Source of the DNA: Haliotis rubra
Lineage: Eukaryota
Assembly: GCF_003918875.1 (NCBI RefSeq)
Contig: NW_025765154.1
Location: forward strand, 124,001-188,000
Length of the DNA stretch: 64,000 nt
Direction of reading: 5' to 3'
Of this stretch, positions 38,148 to 51,372 are shown one piece after another. The notes under the pieces were generated by a model. It was not told where the DNA came from. It made no database searches and saw only the letters and a list, made by a program, of their open reading frames with translations. Position 1 is the first letter of the stretch, and the number at the start of each line of letters is the position of its first letter. The position numbers and the translations under genes were made by a program.

Positions 38148-38254
38148 GGCCTAGATTTTCGGAGCTCTCTTAGCGCTAAGATAGTCGTAAGTTAATGTTA
38201 ATGTATGGCACTTACGACTATCTTAGCGTTAAGAGAGCTTCGAAAATCTAGGCC
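38148..38254. mobile_element. Palindromic MITE inserted in a degenerate SINE A
   Basis: TIRs GGCCTAGATTTTCG / CGAAAATCTAGGCC, flanks CAG/CTG; host SINE sequence TGTACCCATGTGG..AA on the left. Confidence 0.85.
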
Positions 38255-38448
38255 CTGGTTCTTAGCAAGATCCATAAATTATAAGGCAATCCAAACACCC
38301 CAAGCCATTTCTTCAAAGAACTAACTGAGACTGTCTTTGTCTATTTTCATACTCCATTAGAACTTACCACTGCTTCCCTAACAACACATAATCTGACAAT
38401 GCTTATCTAACAAAGTGTTCACCAAACTTTTCATATGATGTACATGAA

Positions 38449-38610
38449 AGTGAGTGAGTATGGTTTTACGCCGCTTTTAGCAATATTCCAGCAATATCAA
38501 GGCAGGGGACACCAGAAATGGTCTTCAGACATTGTACCTATGTGGGGAATCGAACCCGGGTCTTCAGTGTACTGAGCTTATGCTTCAACCATTAGGCTAC
38601 CCCACCACCC
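38449..38610 (-). mobile_element. SINE family A
   Basis: Shares private substitutions with the 16938-17104 copy. Confidence 0.9.
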
Positions 38611-39838
38611 TGATGTAGCCAAATGGCTGCAGTAAACGTTACCCAAAAGAAATCAATCAGAATCAAGATAAGATTTTTTCAATTCAATCACACAATATGA
38701 ATCAAAGCATAATTCAATACTATAGATCATATAACTCACAAATCTGTTAACCGCTTTGTATACATCATCAATTGACAATGGCTACAGTAAAAACAGAAAA
38801 TTATTTATGTCGATAGGTGCGTCACAGGAATCAATAGACAAACTGTCTAATACACATCCGTGTAGCATGAATGAAACATCCTCACTGAACAGCTTTACAT
38901 TGTGGGACGCAGCAGCCCAGTAACAATGGGGCTCCATGTTGTACTAGGAAGGATATTCACACCCACGCCACTTCTACAAAAGGACACTTCCAGCATCATG
39001 ACATTGTCATTTGACAGTAATTGTACCTGATATTATTACAAACCCAAACTGGTTATGATTGACTATTAACATCATGAATTCTGAATCATTAGCATCATTA
39101 TTATGACATCATTATATTGAAATATTCAAACTGAATTCAATTTGGATTGACAATATACCACACTTTATAGCTCATAATGTGCACTTACGAAGAATATACT
39201 TAACATTCTCAGATACATGTTTCATGAAAACTACTATTAAATGTATTGTGCGCAGTCAGATACTACATCAAAATTGCTACAGGTTAACAAACTGGAAATA
39301 ATGAGTGAGTCAATAACGACATGACATTTACATACCATTACTGGAAATGATGATCTACAATTTTAAATTCTTCATCAGATGAGATAATAACAGAAATATC
39401 AAACTGACTTGACAATCCATTGATTTATATCACGAGTAATGCACACTATCACTGTATGATCACATGACAACGTGTGACTGAGAATTACAAACCAATCCAA
39501 TAATCCTTTAATTATAAGGCTACCCAAACACCCTAGACACCTCTTAAAAGAAGTAACTACCTCTGTCTGGCTGTCTTTGTGTACGTTCATACTCCATTAG
39601 AACTTACCACTGCTTCCCTAACAACACATAATATGATAATGCTTAACCAAGGCAATTAATTGTTCACCAATCTTCTTATTTGAAAGTGAGTGAGAATGGT
39701 TCTACGCCGCTTTCGGTAATATTCCAGCGACACCATCATATGATTACACGATCACGTGTCACTACGATTTACCAACCGATGACGACCAGCAGATTTTGCA
39801 AGGAACCAGTTCTAACCCGGACCTACCACTTTATCAAG

Positions 39839-40075
39839 GACCCATGAATATCCAGGGTAAAATTGGTCTTCAGTAACCCATGCTTGTCGTAAGAGGCGAC
39901 TAATGGGATCGGGTAGTCAGGCGGACTGATTTGGTTGGCACATGTCATCGGTTCCCAATTGCTTAGATCAATGCTCATGTTGTTGATCACTGGATTGTCT
40001 GGTCCAGACTCAAATACTTACAGACCACCGCCACATATCTGTAATATTGCTGAGTGCAGCGTTAAACTAAACTCA
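39839..40075 (+). mobile_element. SINE-like family B
   Basis: GACCCATGAA...CCCATGCTTGTCGTAAGAGGCGACTAA...tail. Confidence 0.88.
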
Positions 40076-40854
40076 ACCTCATTAATGGAATAGCGGACAC
40101 CACAGTTCATATGGTGCATCATCTGATGACAAATTTTGCTAGATAACTATCACATCCTGTTAAACTATCAGCAGTGTTTCCGTTTCACAATCCATCCGAA
40201 CATTGCCATTTTGGACATCAAATCAAAACTTCAAATTCAAATTTAAACAATACTGTGAACAGATCAAAACTGCGAATATTGAGGCCTTCATGTTCAATAT
40301 TTTACAAATTGGCACAATTCTACTTGCTACCAAATCTTTACATTGTTGAAAGTGTGAGGACAAATTAAGTTTAAAGTCTGTGTGACACTCAATATTACTG
40401 AGGATATCTCATGATATGGGTGAGTGAGTGAGTAAGTTGGGTTTTAGCAATATTCCAGCAACATCACAGCGGTTGACAGCAGAAATAAGCTTCACACATG
40501 GTACCCATGTGGAGAATCAAACCCAGGCTTTCGGCATGGCGAGTGAACGCTTAACCACTGGGCTACCCCTCCATCCCGCACTCATGGAAAATAGTTATTA
40601 TCTGCCCCTGTATGTATAGTAGGGTACCAAGAGGTGGCTTTTCACTTGGCTTAAAATCAAGGCACATTTACAGCCACTTGGCGACCAGTCATTTGAGCTG
40701 AAACCTTCAAGATAAGATCATGGCTGAAGATGGGTTGACATTATAACCTTTTTGATCGAGACAAATTTAATGGTGTCTCATGTACACAGTGTTTATTATG
40801 CAGTGAGTTGAAATGGGGTTGAAAATCGCTTTCAAGAATATTTCACTCAGGCGG

Positions 40855-41118
40855 ACTCTGAGAAATAGATGATCACGCATATTGGAGATACCACCCACTA
40901 AAAGAAAGACCAATGGTGACAGATCTTTTCCAAAGCATGACCCACATTGTGGAACAATCTCCCAAACAACATCCACAAATTATGGGAACTTGACCAGTTT
41001 AAGAGTTTGCTAAAACACAGTTTTTTGACACTGCCTTTACTTTGCCTGAGCACCTTTGTGCAATTTGTTAGAATAGGCACTATACAGATATTAACATTAT
41101 TATTTTTATTATTATTAC
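40855..41118 (+). mobile_element. 3' end of an L2/CR1-type LINE (degenerate ORF2 C-terminus and tail)
   Basis: Frameshifted translation LEIPPTKRKTNGDRSF / LWNNLPNNI....LDQFKSLLK matches the GDRxFSxxxPxLWNxLP...FKxxLK C-terminal motif of CR1/L2 ORF2; ends in (TTA)n. Confidence 0.75.
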
Positions 41119-41174
41119 ATAACAACAAGCATGTATCTGTGTGTGGCAGCTTGTCCTGGTTGTGACGTCTGCTA

Positions 41175-41355
41175 GTTTATATTGCAGACCTACTGTGACT
41201 CCAGAAGGCATGGATAGCCCCACTGAGACCCATTACCCTGCCTCTGTGATGACCCCTCAGTTTTATACCCTGGAGATAGCAGGATAACAACAACTGCCAT
41301 CTTTTAACGTCTTCTGGTATGACACAGCAGTGGATCGAACCACCAACCTTCTGGC
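41175..41355 (-). mobile_element. Third, older tRNA-headed SINE fragment
   Basis: Minus-strand B box GGTTCGATCC followed by GTCATACCAGAAGACGTTAAAAGATGG. Confidence 0.5.
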
Positions 41356-41507
41356 GTTTATTACGAAATAAGTACGGACCTAATTCAAGTACCATGCAGG
41401 ACTAGGGCTGTGAGCTTTGAAGGTCATTGGGGAAATGTCATGGGGAGTCAACTGATGATGTCAGAAGGTGTGGAGAAGGTCAAGCACACATAATCCGAAC
41501 AGTGTAA

Positions 41508-41660
41508 NNNNNNNNNNNNNNNNNNNNNNNNNNNNNNNNNNNNNNNNNNNNNNNNNNNNNNNNNNNNNNNNNNNNNNNNNNNNNNNNNNNNNNNNNNNNN
41601 NNNNNNNNNNNNNNNNNNNNNNNNNNNNNNNNNNNNNNNNNNNNNNNNNNNNNNNNNNNN
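41508..41660. other. Assembly gap (153 N)
   Basis: Run of N. Confidence 1.
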
Positions 41661-42179
41661 TAGCAATGTTCCAACAATATCAAGGCAGGGAGCAGAATCT
41701 GATCATAGGCAAGCCAAGGAAACATATCACTTGCAAGGCTACCCCCAAACATTCATAACTTGCTCTGTCAAAGGAGTACACTTTTTATACAGAAATGTCA
41801 ATTTTGACCACTCCAGCATTAAGGATTACCTTTCTGGAGCCACAAAATGTATTTTTTAATTATGATTGTAAGAAATGCTCGTCATTTAACATAAAAGATT
41901 TGTGCCAAGAAATCCATTTTTTCCAAAGTCTTCCTCCCCATCCAGAAAATAGACTAGCTTATCTCCATCGGCTGCCAGCATTATGTGAAGCATGCACTGT
42001 CTCACATGTCGTACTGCCTCACACATCTTACACCCTCACACGTCGTATGTTGATCCTATTTGCATGCTTGTGTGAAGGAAAATAGTTTTCTTTAGCAGAA
42101 CAAAACCTGCTTGTAGTACTGGTTGTACACATTGTGCATGTTCTTTACATATCACTACACTCCATTCCCTGCGGTGCGT

Positions 42180-43310
42180 TGTGAGTGAGTGAGTGAGTGA
42201 GTGTCAGCGAGCAATATATGGGCATTGTGAGTGAGTGAGTGAGCAATATATGGGCAATGTGAGTGAGTGAGTGAGTGAGTGATCAATATATGGGCATTGT
42301 GAGTGAGCAATGAGTGCATTGTGAGTGAGAGTGATCAATATATGGGCATTGTGAGGAGTGAGTGAGCAATATATGGGCATTGTGAGTGAGCAATATATGG
42401 GCAATATATGGTAATATGTGAGTGAGTGAGTGAGTGAGCAATATATGGGCATTGTGAGTGAGTGAGTGAGTGAGCAATATATGGGCAATGTGAGTGAGTG
42501 AGTGAGTGAGCAATATATGGGCAATGTGAGTGAGTGAGTGAGTGATCAATATATGGGCATTGTGAGTGAGTGAGTGAGCAATATATGGGCATTGTGAGTG
42601 AGCGCAATATATGGTAATTTCGAGTGAGTGGGTGAGTGAGTGAGCAATATATGGGCATTGTGAGTGAGTGAGAGCAATATATGGGCATTGTGAGTGAGTG
42701 AGTGAGTGAGCAATATATGGGCATTGTGAGTGAGTGAGTGAGTGATCAATATATGGGCATATATGGGCATTGAGGAGGAGTGAGCAATATATGGGCATTG
42801 TGTGTGAGTGAGAGGAGCAATATATGGTAATTTGAGTGAGTGAGCAATATATGGGGTGAGTGTGAGTGAGCAATATATGGGCATTGTGAGGTGAGTGAGA
42901 GCAATATATGGGCATTGTGTGTGAGTGAGTGAGTGATCAATATATGGGCAATGTGAGTGAGTGAGTGATCAATATATGGGCATTGTGTGTGAGTGAGCAA
43001 TATATATGGGCATGAGTGAGTGAGTGAGTGAGTGATTGAGCAATATATGGGAATTGTGAGGAGTGAGTGAGCAATAATATATGGGGTGAGGAGTGAGTGA
43101 GTGAGCAATATATGGCAATATATGGGCATTGTGAGTGAGTGAGTGAGAGCAATATATGGGCATTGTGAGTGAGTGAGTGAGTGAGTGAGCAATATATGGG
43201 AATTGTGAATGAGTGAGTGAGTGAGTGAGTGAGTGGGTGATTGAGCAATATATGGGAATTGTGAGTGAGTGAGTGAGTGAGTGAGTGAGAGCGAGCAATA
43301 TATGGGCAAG
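42180..43310. repeat. Compound minisatellite (GAGT)n-GAGCAATATATGGGCATTGT
   Basis: Fixed ~20-bp core alternating with variable-length GAGT runs. Confidence 0.95.
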
Positions 43311-43909
43311 GGTCATGAGCTTTATACTCTTTGCTCCTGATCAAATGAATAACATATCGCCACACTCCAGGATCCAGTGAAGGTAGAATTGAGTCAGGCC
43401 CTTCCTCTATTTAGACAGCTCCCACGTCAAACTCAATCAGTTCTATCACGTAATGTTCATTTGTGCAGTGTGCAGTGTGCAGTCTCATCTTACAAATACA
43501 CACCATCCAGCCATTAGGTGTGGTGGCAAGTCAGCATTTCCAAGAACGAGTGAGTTTAGTTTTATGCCCCTTTCAGAAATATTCCAGCAACATTACGGCA
43601 GGGAACACCAGAAATGGACTTCACACATTGTACCCATGTGGGACATCGAACCCGGGCCTTCAGCATGACGAGCGAATGCTTCAGCAACTAGGCTACCCCA
43701 CCAACCTCCTATCCAAGAACCTACGGGTACTATATGTTGCACGGCCAGGCGACATTTCTAGATATCAGTTGATCTCTTAATACCAGTAGTTACTTTATAG
43801 ACATGGCTGGGGTGTATGGATGGCCGAGTACTTGTGGGTTCCACCAAAGTGATGAGACCTGCATTACTTCGGTCTTTCCTCCCACATTAAACACACCATG
43901 ATACAACTG

Positions 43910-44168
43910 GGCTCTGTTTCAAAAAGCAATTGTAGCGCTACGACTGTCGTAAGTCTATGTTACAGTTTAAGAGTTATGACAGTCGTAGCACTACGACTGT
44001 CGTAAGTCTATGTTACAGTTTAAGAGTTATGACAGTCGTAGCACTACGTAAGTCTATGTTACAGTTTAAGAGTTATGACAGTCGTAGCACTACGACTGTC
44101 GTAAGTCTATGTTACAGTATAGGAGTTACGACAGTCGTAGCGCCCTGACAGCTTTGTAAAACGGGGCC
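43910..44168. mobile_element. Harbinger-like MITE with internal 53-bp tandem amplification (about 4 units)
   Basis: TIRs GGCTCTGTTTCAAAAAGC / GCTTTGTAAAACGGGGCC, flanks CTG/TTG; unit TAGC.CTACGACTGTCGTAAGTCTATGTTACAGTTTAAGAGTTATGACAGTCG. Confidence 0.85.
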
Positions 44169-44514
44169 TTGGTATTAAACCCAAACTCACTCACTCTGAT
44201 AGTTTTGTGCATTGAGAAAGAATACTTCAACTGAACTTACAAGGTTACATAGCAATGTTAATGCTTCAATTACTACGAGTCAATGTCAACATAAGTCAAG
44301 ATAGTTTTTAGAAGAAACACGTAACTTTGACTTCATAGCCACTAGTTTAGGTCCAGCTCCTTAAAATGATCTTAGCCCTATAGAGATCATAAGCCTGTGT
44401 TTAAGCATGGAAGTAATGACCTTTAGTGACCATATCTATTGAAACAACCATTGGTCAAGAGGGCTACCATGTTTTTATAGTCAATACATGTCGAGAGCAA
44501 AGTCTAGCAAGCTA

Positions 44515-44762
44515 AGTAAGTGAATGAGTTTAGTTTTACGCTGCACTCAGCAATATTCAAGCTATATGGAAGCAGTCTGTAATAATAGAGTCTGCACCAG
44601 ACAATCCAGTGATCAACACCATCAGCATCGATCTACGCAATTGGGAACCGACGACATGTGTCAACCAAGTCAGTGAGCCTGACCACCCAATTCCGTTACT
44701 TGCCTCTTACGAGGACAAGCATGGGTTACTGAAGATCAATTCTAACCTGTATCTTCACAGAT
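44515..44762 (-). mobile_element. SINE-like family B
   Basis: Consensus match. Confidence 0.85.
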
Positions 44763-47700
44763 CTCTAGCGTAAGGACACTGAACGAAACTGTCTGCCACC
44801 CACAGGCTGCTTACCCCCCAGGAAGGTGAGAATGAAAACCACGTGCACATGGATCCATTGACTGGGATAGTAATAATATCGATCATGGTCTAAGTGCATT
44901 TGAGCCGTCATAATTTGGAAAGTGCACCATACAAATTCATTGTATAATAACTAGTCACAAAAGTATTTAGTACAGACTGAGAACAAAGAATCTCTACATC
45001 TCAAAACAATACAGAAGGGTTAAAACTCTGCAACCAAAGAGAGATGCCCAACCTACCAGTATCTCTGCTACAGCAACTCTAACAACCAGCAACATCAAAG
45101 CCTGTGACAGACTCCGCCCTAGGCAGCTCCACCCGCCAAACTGACCCAAATGACCAAGTTTGCTCTGTCTCGAAGCAACATCTCAGTAATACCGGTGATG
45201 CTGAGGAGTGGAGTCATGCATCCTGGTCTGACATTCCACGGAGAAGGTGGACACACCGATGTTCCACGTGGTAATGCAGAGGGGGCCAGTAGCTGATAAC
45301 ACAGCTAGGAAACTGTGATAAGGGTGGATCCTCAGAGACACTCCCTTGATTACTTCCGGAATCTGTCCCAAACAACAAATTTTGCCTCTTGTACATGACG
45401 GAATGTTTGTACAGTTTGGCCAATTTGTATGTCATTGAACACTCAAAGCAAATAACGTTGGTGTAATTACAAAGATGAATAGACACTCCTATACGATCAG
45501 AGAGGTTTCAGTATAATCACGGACAAATTATGTGTTCTGAGTCATGAAAAGAGAAGAAGAAGTAAGTTAAGCTTGTAGTACAACATGTGAAGGGGCCAAT
45601 GGTGGGTTCAGAAATATCATCTGCGGGAACGTAGTGAGTTAGCGAGTGAATGTTATTTTATGCCTCAGTCATCACCACTACAGCAGTCAGCCATCAAGCT
45701 GAAAGGCCGGGTTCGATCGTCCACAGGGGTATAATGTTTGAAGCCCATTTCTGGTGTCCCCCGCCTACTGGAATATTGCTACAAGTGGAGTAAAACCCAA
45801 CTCACTCACTCACAACAGCAGTCAAATCAGATCAAAGCAAACTAGTAGTTAAAAACATAGGCAATGATCCTTCTGTCATGATATGACGAACAAAGACAGC
45901 GACGTGTCACATGTTGTAACCAACCGATTATCACTCAAGTATGCAAATTGGCACTCATGTTTGTCTAATACGTCATGGAACAACTTATGCAGTGTAAACC
46001 ACCTAATAATAAGATGACAAAACACATCAATTAAGACAAACTATGCAACCGTAGCAATTAGCTGAAGAAGATTACATTTTTAAAAATAGTTAACAAGAAT
46101 AAACTAACACATGTATGCATCAAACTATCACTAACATCAAGAATCATAGTCAGTTGTCTACGTCCAATTTTCCTGTAAATGCAACTACTTTGCATGAATT
46201 GTCATAAAAAAGAAAGCAAAGCATTTTTTATTCGCATAAAATGCCTGAAGCCAGATAAGTTGTGGAAAAACAATCTGTTAATCATAACATGCAAGACAAC
46301 AGGGTTAGTGGGCCAATCATGACAGAATTTGACCCTGTCTCATGTCAACTCCAATACATAAGCAATATCCTATATCATGTATGTGTGATCAACAGCAAGC
46401 ATCAACTAAAAGTACTGTCGGAAATAGATCCCGTTAAGTAAGCCTCTTCACGACAAAAAAATGTTTTTAGGATGTTACTCTGTATCCTTAAAATATAGAA
46501 AACACAATTGCAAATAGCATATGTCGAAATAACCCACATCGGCCTAACTGGGCGTTCAGTGGGATGCGTAATAGGATATCCAGAAAAGCATGTTTACTCG
46601 TAAAATCGGGCAAACCTTAATAAAATACGACTAGCTGCTGAAAACAAAAGATCAGACTATAGATGGCAATTAGGTCGCTCAGCCAGGTATGACGACGGGC
46701 CGTCGACTCACCTGTCATGAAATGCATGTGCTGCCTCCAGGCGCAAGGGGTCATCTCAAAGATATTTTATGCTTTCTGATGTGTGTTGAAAATGTCTCAT
46801 CTATTGATTATCATCTTACGCGTCTTTCTTTCATAAAGTTTATGTTGAGATATGTAAAAGAGTATAATACCCATAGAAAAGCTTAAATCAGCCATCTTAT
46901 TAAATGTCTCAAAATATATAGGTGGCATGCCCACTCGAAGATCGACAGGACTGGATATTATTTGTAAATAGTTATGACATGCCATTTGCTTCCCCAGTTT
47001 AATTCCCCTAAAGGATTATCTTATCTCAGCTGATATCTCTATCCCCCAGCCCGACCCCAACCACCCATCCTGACATAACGTTTGAGACAACTCGTTTGAG
47101 ACGACCCCTCCTACCTGTTTCTTTTTATAGTGTTAGTGAGACTCCTTGGTAGCAACATCCTTAATAGTTTCAGTATTAAAGTTACTGTTATTTACGTCAG
47201 CTATCGTTTATAAAGAATCTAACTTTAATTTTAAAATGGGCATTTAAAAAGTGTCCTTTGTAATACAATATCATCGCATACTAATTTCCATAAAGTCATG
47301 GTCTGTTCCAAATAAGCTGCTTTGGACTTAAAAAAAACAGCATTGCTCATTTCTGCACTAATCTCTCCTCAGTAAAGTCCTTTTTCTACGTTTCCTATCT
47401 CCCTACCACTGAGACTGTAGTTAGGCCGAACTTAGTTTAACAGATATTTCACACTTTCACATATCAACTACATAAATTGTAGATATAAATGCGAAAAAAC
47501 ACTGTTTTTCTATTTCTGGCAGTACTTTAACAATAATAATTGGTGCTTTCCTTTCGAGTGTTAAGCAAGGAGAACATATAGAACTGTTTTTGAGTAGTTC
47601 ACAACTATATATATATTCGTAATATGCACAGATAAATTGTTCCCACAATTACAACAAAAATATTAAATATATAAAATAAGAAGTAATTATCTTAATCCAA

Positions 47701-47924
47701 ACAAATGCAAGGTAATTTAAAATGCATATGATCATTTGTAACCATAAAAATATAAGGCAAAACGAATCTCACCCAAATTATGAAACAATAAAGACAGCCA
47801 TACTTAAATCAGATCAGAATTCTTTTAGCAACTTGGTCACTTAAATTTGGGATAGTTATTACAAAATTTCACCTTGACTGTCAGGTGAGCTGAACATAGG
47901 CATAAAGTCTTGATTCTTGTGGTT

Positions 47925-48142
47925 ATGTTTGTTTGTTGTTTAACACCGCACTAGGCATTATTCCAACTATATGACAGCAGTCTGTAATCCAGTGATCAAC
48001 AGCATGAGCATCGATCTACGCAACTGGGATACGATGACATGTGTCAACCAAGTCAGCAAACCCGACCGTCCATTCACGTTAGCCACCTTTTATGACAAGC
48101 ATGGGTTGCTGAAGATCAATTCTAACCAGATCTTCACGGGTT
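47925..48142 (-). mobile_element. SINE-like family B with (AAAC)n tail
   Basis: Consensus match, intact 5' head. Confidence 0.85.
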
Positions 48143-48442
48143 TCTAATTTTTATGAAAATTAAACTTCCGAAGAGCCTATACTTATGAAAAAGTCCTAAG
48201 AGCATGAATCAGGGTTTTACCAGAGGTTGTCCAGTATGTACAAACATATAGAGTGGATGCAAAGAAGAAAGGCTGGGATGTACAGGAATATTCATCCTAC
48301 CAAACACTTGACATGAAACACAAAGGTCCTGTCATTACAGAAGTATCATTTCTCACAGTACACAATACCACTTGACTTCTTGCCAGGATTCTCACATTTC
48401 TTGTGAGGACCCTTGAAAATATACTAATATAAAACACTGAAA

Positions 48443-48733
48443 GATTGCATTGTGGATTGTATTGTGGATTGTATTGGATTGGATTGTGTATGGTGTATTG
48501 TACTTTGTATTGTGCATTGTATTTTGTATTGTGTATTGCATTGTATATTGTTGTATTGTGCATTGTATTGTGTTGTTGTATTGTGTTGTGTATTGCATTG
48601 TATTGTGTATAATGTTGCATTGTGTTGTGTATTGTGCATTGTATTGTGTGTTGTGCATTGTTGTATTGTGCATTGTATTGTGTTGTGTGTTATATTGCAT
48701 GTTGTATTGTAGATTGTATTGTGGATTGTATTG
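48443..48733. repeat. Degenerate (ATTGT)n pentanucleotide repeat
   Basis: Seen directly. Confidence 0.9.
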
Positions 48734-50703
48734 AAATTATATAATCAAACTAAATACTTGTCACACAGAAGCATCCCCTGCATCACCTATCACAAGACAC
48801 ACATACACACATGCACACACATACACACATATATTGGTACTAAAAGCTGAATGAGTTTCTATTTGACTTACTTCCAAATCTTCAGCACATCAGTCAGTGA
48901 CAGATGCCGCAGTAAAACCAAACTGTGACCTTGAATAACTTGACTATTCCACAACCAAAGCTATAAAGGGATGTTTGGTCTACAGGCCTGACACTCCGAA
49001 CTACACCGCCTTCAACTCCATTCAGTCCAGGGTGTTGGCCATTAAGCATACAAGTGATAAATAGCCTTCTCTTCTAACATCCCAATTTCTTTGTTTTTTA
49101 ATTCCATACACATTTTCCCAAAATAACATGTCTCGTTACAGTAAATCACATATAGATCACACCATCCTGCAAATAAAGCTTAATTACTACTGGAACACTT
49201 AAGATGTCAAATTAATCTTGTATACATTTAAAGTCCAATGGCCAGCAAACACTAGCTTCCGAAACCAGCGAGATCTTATGTTAATAAGGGCGTCCCCTTC
49301 ATCGTTGCCTGTCTAGCGACTCACTAATCATGGGTTATCCCGAATCACAACCTCGGAGTTTACCAAGGCACGGCAGGGCAAATAAGCTCGGTGTTTCTAG
49401 GGGGTGGGGCAGCTTTGCCAAAATCCAACGTTTCCTCGTACACAGGCAACACCAGCACTGCTCCAGCAGGAAGCACAGATGAAATAGAGAAAGGGTGTGC
49501 CTTGACAATGTTCAAAATACATATGGATACTTTTACAATCTTATCTCTCAAAGGCATATCGTCAGTGGGATGATGGCTGGCTACAACCACCAAAAGCATA
49601 AACACTGCACACATTGATAACAGATATGTCACAATATAATCTAATTAATATATTAACAACTTGTGTTACCATGAAATATGGGATTGTTTGGTTCTAAGTG
49701 CGTATATTTTCTTGTGGTATACATGAAATATGTATTATCACCAATAATAACTTCATTACATATTTGAAGTGGGTGTGGATAAAAAGATTTTATTCTTGAA
49801 GGTTTTAATTATTATTCTTGATATGTTGTAATAGAATTAGATAAATTCTACTTATACAAATAAAATTTTCTTCATAAAAAGACAATTCCTGAATGACTGC
49901 AACTGTATCTACCGGTATTTAATTCACTACTGTTCATACATCTCATTTGAAAAACAATTATTTTTTTCAACATTTCTGGAAAAACACGATAAAAGTACCT
50001 AAAGATATTTCTTATTTGATCATACATACAATATTGAAAATAAAATTAACAAAAACAATTTGCTTACTGATTTTACCAAGTTGATTCGAAGCATCCTCAT
50101 ATATTATCTAATACATTGTTGAATTGAATAGGTTTTTATTACAAAAATACAAACATAAATAATATTATCAAATATCGCATTAAAAGACATGAAAACTTTT
50201 AATCAAATATCTTGAAATGAATGTGTGTTTTTTTCACAAAAATGCATGAACTCCAAGATGAACATGACGTTCAAATTCAAATCTTAAAGAACATGAATAC
50301 ATTTACTCTTACTTCTGTAAAATTTCGATCCTTAAAACAAATAGCAACTGAATGAACTTGATTTAACAAGTAAGTCGTGTGTTTGACCCTCTTTGAGAGC
50401 TGATTGGTCTGAAAGTTGTGGACGGGGACCAAAAGGGAGTGTCTCGGCATGGTATGACAGCAGGCTTCCATCAAGTGCAATTTTCTTGTGCTAGGTGGAA
50501 GTCCCCTCTCACAACAGTATCAATACAATTCATTGGTCCTGAAAGGAGTGATTGATTGAAGAGGATTTCCTTATGCCATTCTTGTCGTCTATATGCATAA
50601 AGGTACATTGGAGAAAACATATAAAAATGGCCACAACACATCTGTGAAGAGCCCCTTGAATACTTCAGATTTAAAACTTCTGACTTGATATACAAAACAT
50701 AAT

Positions 50704-50951
50704 CTGTCTGTGTGTCTGTGTGACTGTCTGAGCCTGTGTCTGTGTCTGTGTGACTGTCTGAGCCTGTGTGTTTGTCTGAGCCTGTGTCTGAGCCAGTGTC
50801 TGTCTGAGCCTGTATTTGTGTCTGTGTGTCTGTGTTTGTGTCTGTCTGAGCCTGTGCCTGTGTCTGTGTGTCTGTGTGTCTGTGTGTTAGTGTCTGTCTG
50901 AGCCTGTGTCTGTGTCTGTCAATGCATGTGTCTGTGTGTCAACCTGAGTCT

Positions 50952-51012
<61 letters not shown>

Positions 51013-51131
51013 TGTCTGTGTGTTTGTGTCTGTCTGAGCCTGTATTTTTGTCTGTGTGTTTGTGTCTGTCTGAGCCTGTGTCTGTCTGTCAACGCATGTG
51101 TCTGTCTGTCAACCTGTGTGTCTGTGTGTCA

Positions 51132-51170
<39 letters not shown>

Positions 51171-51226
51171 TGAATGTCTGTGTCTGAATGTCTGTGTGTT
51201 AGTGTCTGTGTGAGCCTGTGTCTGTA
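50704..51226. repeat. Compound (TG)n / (TGTC)n / TGTCTGAGCC microsatellite
   Basis: Seen directly. Confidence 0.95.
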
Positions 51227-51267
51227 TGACTACATCAATGTATATTACTCAGCCCAACTCATCTACA

Positions 51268-51372
51268 TCTGTGTTGTAGCCAGTATATCTGTGTTGTAGC
51301 CAGTATATCTGTGTTGTAGCCAGTATATCTGTGTTGTAGCCAGTATATCTGTGTTGTAGCCAGTATATCTGC
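51268..51372. repeat. 20-bp minisatellite x5 (ATCTGTGTTGTAGCCAGTAT)
   Basis: Perfect tandem copies. Confidence 0.95.

Noticed and set aside
42204-43365. Multiple THSL-repeat ORFs
   Set aside because: Artefacts of the (ACTC)n minisatellite.
49360-49632. ORF with a signal-peptide-like start
   Set aside because: No recognisable domain and no supporting exon structure.
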